DNA from: Podarcis gaigeae
Lineage: Eukaryota
Length of the DNA: 64,000 bases
Assembly: GCA_964106915.2 (NCBI GenBank)
Contig: OZ066917.1
Reading direction: 5' to 3' (one strand)
This document shows positions 63,614-64,000 of the stretch, piece by piece. The number at the start of each line of letters is the position of its first letter. Position 1 is the first letter of the stretch. The position numbers and the translations under genes are program-made. A model generated the notes under the pieces. That model searched no databases. It saw only the letters and a list, made by a program, of their open reading frames with translations, and was not told where the DNA came from.

Positions 63614-63615
<2 letters not shown>

Positions 63616-64000
63616 TCAACTTTTTGGTTCTACCACCTTAAGATATGTTAAAAGACAGGGTAGGAAGATTTGAAGCAGCTAGAAAACTCCACAAAATTGT
63701 CGTCAGGGTGATTTTTGCAAAAGTACAATCACAGTAACAATGTACATTGTGGTTCCTGCTCCTTCCCTTTGGAAATGAAAGAGGTCGTCTTGCATAATGG
63801 CATTTAGGAAACTATACTTTGTATTTTACTGTTGTTTCATTCCTCAGGGATGACATTTAACAATGAACATTTTCTCTCCTGCTCCAAACAGTTACATCTT
63901 GTGGTTACTATTAGAATTATATTAAGTCAGACTGTAATTGTATAATTTCTCTGGAGCTCACAATGTCTCGGTTTTACTGGGACACTTGAGGGGTACGGCA

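Overview
Eukaryotic vertebrate DNA. The repeat content (CR1, L2, L1, CORE-SINE, hAT and Tc1/pogo MITEs) points to a squamate, probably a lacertid lizard; that assignment is an inference. The only host gene I can support is MID1IP1 (MIG12, Spot14 family). Its single-exon CDS is 21880-22395 (+), preceded by a TATA promoter at 20647, a non-coding exon 1 and a 795-bp 5'UTR intron (20754-21548), with a polyA signal at 23316. A second CpG island about 3.5 kb upstream carries an RFX X-box, two inverted CCAAT boxes and two ChoRE-like motifs. The rest is intergenic and repeat-rich: nine TA-flanked pogo/Tigger-type MITEs, many hAT MITEs with 8-bp TSDs, a young L2, a young L1 3' fragment and several nested insertions. 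The most unusual object is a ~1-kb retroposon at 48012-49033 with a perfect 17-bp TSD. It appears to consist only of an L1-like 5'UTR plus a polyA tail, and it shares its target motif and tail motif with the nearby L1. No rRNA, tRNA or CRISPR was seen, and I found no convincing new protein-coding system. Family names come from motif recognition, not database searches, and coordinates of old repeats are approximate.
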